The notes beneath the pieces were generated by a model. It made no database searches, was not told the DNA's origin, and saw only the letters and a list, made by a program, of their open reading frames with translations. Made by a program: the position numbers and the translations under genes. Below, one piece after another: positions 62,434 through 64,000 of a stretch of DNA of 64,000 nucleotides (position 1 is the stretch's first letter; each line of letters begins with the position of its first letter). Source of the DNA: a virus (taxonomy: Duplodnaviria > Caudoviricetes); the IMG/VR virus record IMGVR_UViG_3300037067_027616, positions 32,001 to 96,000 of that record. The stretch is one strand, 5' to 3'.

Positions 62434-63531
62434 TCACAGGTACGTCGACCTCATATCCGCCGCCTCCGCCGCCCGTATCGACCAAGTCGATATAGCAGTG
62501 GACAGCCACGATATCCCACACAGGGCCACTTCGCCCACAAAGAACCACCAGAATCCCGCCAACGGACCCGGTCCACCCTCACCCCACGTCTGGTCAAGGC
62601 AGTACACAGACCACACGAGCATCCCGAAGATGCATGCAATCGGCACCCAATACCCAAACAACGTGTGACCGACCTGCGCTACGACCTGCTCCGCCTTCGC
62701 CTCGACAAACGCCGCAGACACGGAACTCTTGACCGCACCAGACATCCAATAAGGACGGGTGTTTTTCCGCTCACACAACCCCGTCTTGCGGCCACGCAAA
62801 AGCATGGCCATGCCGTCTGACAACGGCCCTTCGTTGCCGATCACATCCGGGTTGCCGTACAACATCTGCACCGAACGGCGAACCAACGCGGCCAGATCTT
62901 CACCCATCGTTTCGTCCCAACACAAGGCACTTCCGTTACGATCCCGCGCCAAAAACCCGAAGGTCCACAAGGAACCCGCACGGGACGCCCGGTACTCCAC
63001 CGTCACCCACGCCGAATGAACGGCACGGGGACGGGCATTGTGTAGTGGGCCGGTGCCTTCACCAAGCAACGGCATGCTCTCGTCCACCGTTGCAAAGTCC
63101 ACGTACTGATCAGGCACCGCAGTGACATCGCCGCTCCAGGAATCAAACGAATCAACAGGGCTGCCTGCCGCCTCCCACCGCTCGTTGTGTACCTTCACGA
63201 CCGAGTTGTACCGCTCGAACTCCGCCATGTTGCTGTGGAAGTCAAGGGCCACCACCAAGCGACCCTCTCCCGGGAAACGGTTACGCTCTCGTATCTTCGC
63301 ACCAGAAGCAACGTCCTTCACCCAAAAGGTGGAAGTGTCGTCAACATAATGCGTGGATGAATACGCCGGGTCAAGACGCAAATCACGCGGCTCATAAAGA
63401 AACACAAGCCGCGCAAGGGTATCCGTCGGGTCACTGTCGGAAGTCTCCACAGGGGTGGAACGCAACGCGGACTTTTCAAGGTCCTTCCCGATGCGGCCAT
63501 ACATCCCGCGCAAATACTGTGCGTGTTTCAT
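62434..63531 (-). CDS. Hypothetical protein with two C-terminal TM helices
   Basis: Start MKHAQY overlaps the upstream stop. Confidence 0.55.
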   Translation of the reverse strand: MKHAQYLRGMYGRIGKDLEKSALRSTPVETSDSDPTDTLARLVFLYEPRDLRLDPAYSSTHYVDDTSTFWVKDVASGAKIRERNRFPGEGRLVVALDFHSNMAEFERYNSVVKVHNERWEAAGSPVDSFDSWSGDVTAVPDQYVDFATVDESMPLLGEGTGPLHNARPRAVHSAWVTVEYRASRAGSLWTFGFLARDRNGSALCWDETMGEDLAALVRRSVQMLYGNPDVIGNEGPLSDGMAMLLRGRKTGLCERKNTRPYWMSGAVKSSVSAAFVEAKAEQVVAQVGHTLFGYWVPIACIFGMLVWSVYCLDQTWGEGGPGPLAGFWWFFVGEVALCGISWLSTAISTWSIRAAEAADMRSTYL

Positions 63532-63962
63532 GACGGCCCCCTTCCTGTTTTGTCTGGCCATATCATTTTAATGGTCGTGCTCGCCCACGGATAAGTCCAC
63601 GAGTCAAACTTGATGTCCACTGTAGCATCCCCTATGAATCCACCAGTCGGAGAAACCAAACCCTTGACCCTGAACCTGCGTATCTTCGGATTCTCATTGG
63701 CGGAACTCTTGGGGTAGTCACCCATGTCCTTCATCTTGCTGAAACGATACCCTACTTTAGACATAGATTTTTCAGCATGACCTTTGTAGGTATCAACATC
63801 AGGCGTATAGTATGCCATGGTGCATACCTTACCACCGAGATTAATGACGGTCGAACAAACCCCCGCCACCAACGCCAAAAGGAAAGCCAACGTCATCGTA
63901 ACCGCAACCATATTTGACTGGCGAGCGCTGGCATTGCTCGTCTGATATATGCCCTTTACCAT
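63528..63962 (-). CDS. Membrane-anchored/exported hypothetical protein
   Basis: Hydrophobic N-terminal segment; GGAGG RBS. Confidence 0.55.
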   Translation of the reverse strand: MVKGIYQTSNASARQSNMVAVTMTLAFLLALVAGVCSTVINLGGKVCTMAYYTPDVDTYKGHAEKSMSKVGYRFSKMKDMGDYPKSSANENPKIRRFRVKGLVSPTGGFIGDATVDIKFDSWTYPWASTTIKMIWPDKTGRGPS

Positions 63963-63986
63963 GTCAGCCTCCTTTCCATATGGTGG

Positions 63987-64000
63987 AATATACTAAAATA
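63987..64000 (-). promoter_or_regulatory. -10 element TATATT of the same promoter family (-35 beyond the window)
   Basis: gaatatactaaaata is identical to the 60478 promoter. Confidence 0.6.

Overview
Fragment of a large (jumbo-type) dsDNA bacteriophage genome. Positions 1-13.5 kb (+ strand) are a virion fibre module: two very long Gly-X-Thr/Gly-X-Gln collagen-like proteins, a LamG lectin, a glycine-rich protein and a beta-helix protein. Positions 13.6-64 kb are almost all on the - strand and hold densely packed early/accessory genes driven by a recurring TTGACA/TTTACA-N17-TATATT promoter. They include a dispersed TerY-P-like vWA/PP2C/kinase set, an NAD/ADP-ribose toolkit (WGR-PARP, macro domain, nicotinamidase, NDT-like), a sigma-70 factor, RNase HIII-like, Hsp20 with a sigma-54 promoter, M42 peptidase, SLT, FtsK and homing endonucleases. 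The standout signal is a ~6 kb integron-type gene-cassette array at 40.9-46.8 kb with at least 14 attC-like hairpins and no integrase in the window. Each cassette's R'' box complements the R' box at its own 5' end (7/7 for the first seven cassettes), which is the footprint of integrase-mediated insertion. Unusually, every cassette ORF reads into its attC site, so the sites are protein-coding. The sites decay toward the distal end, and one dead site has fused two cassettes into a single ORF. All family calls come from motif recognition by eye; no searches were run.
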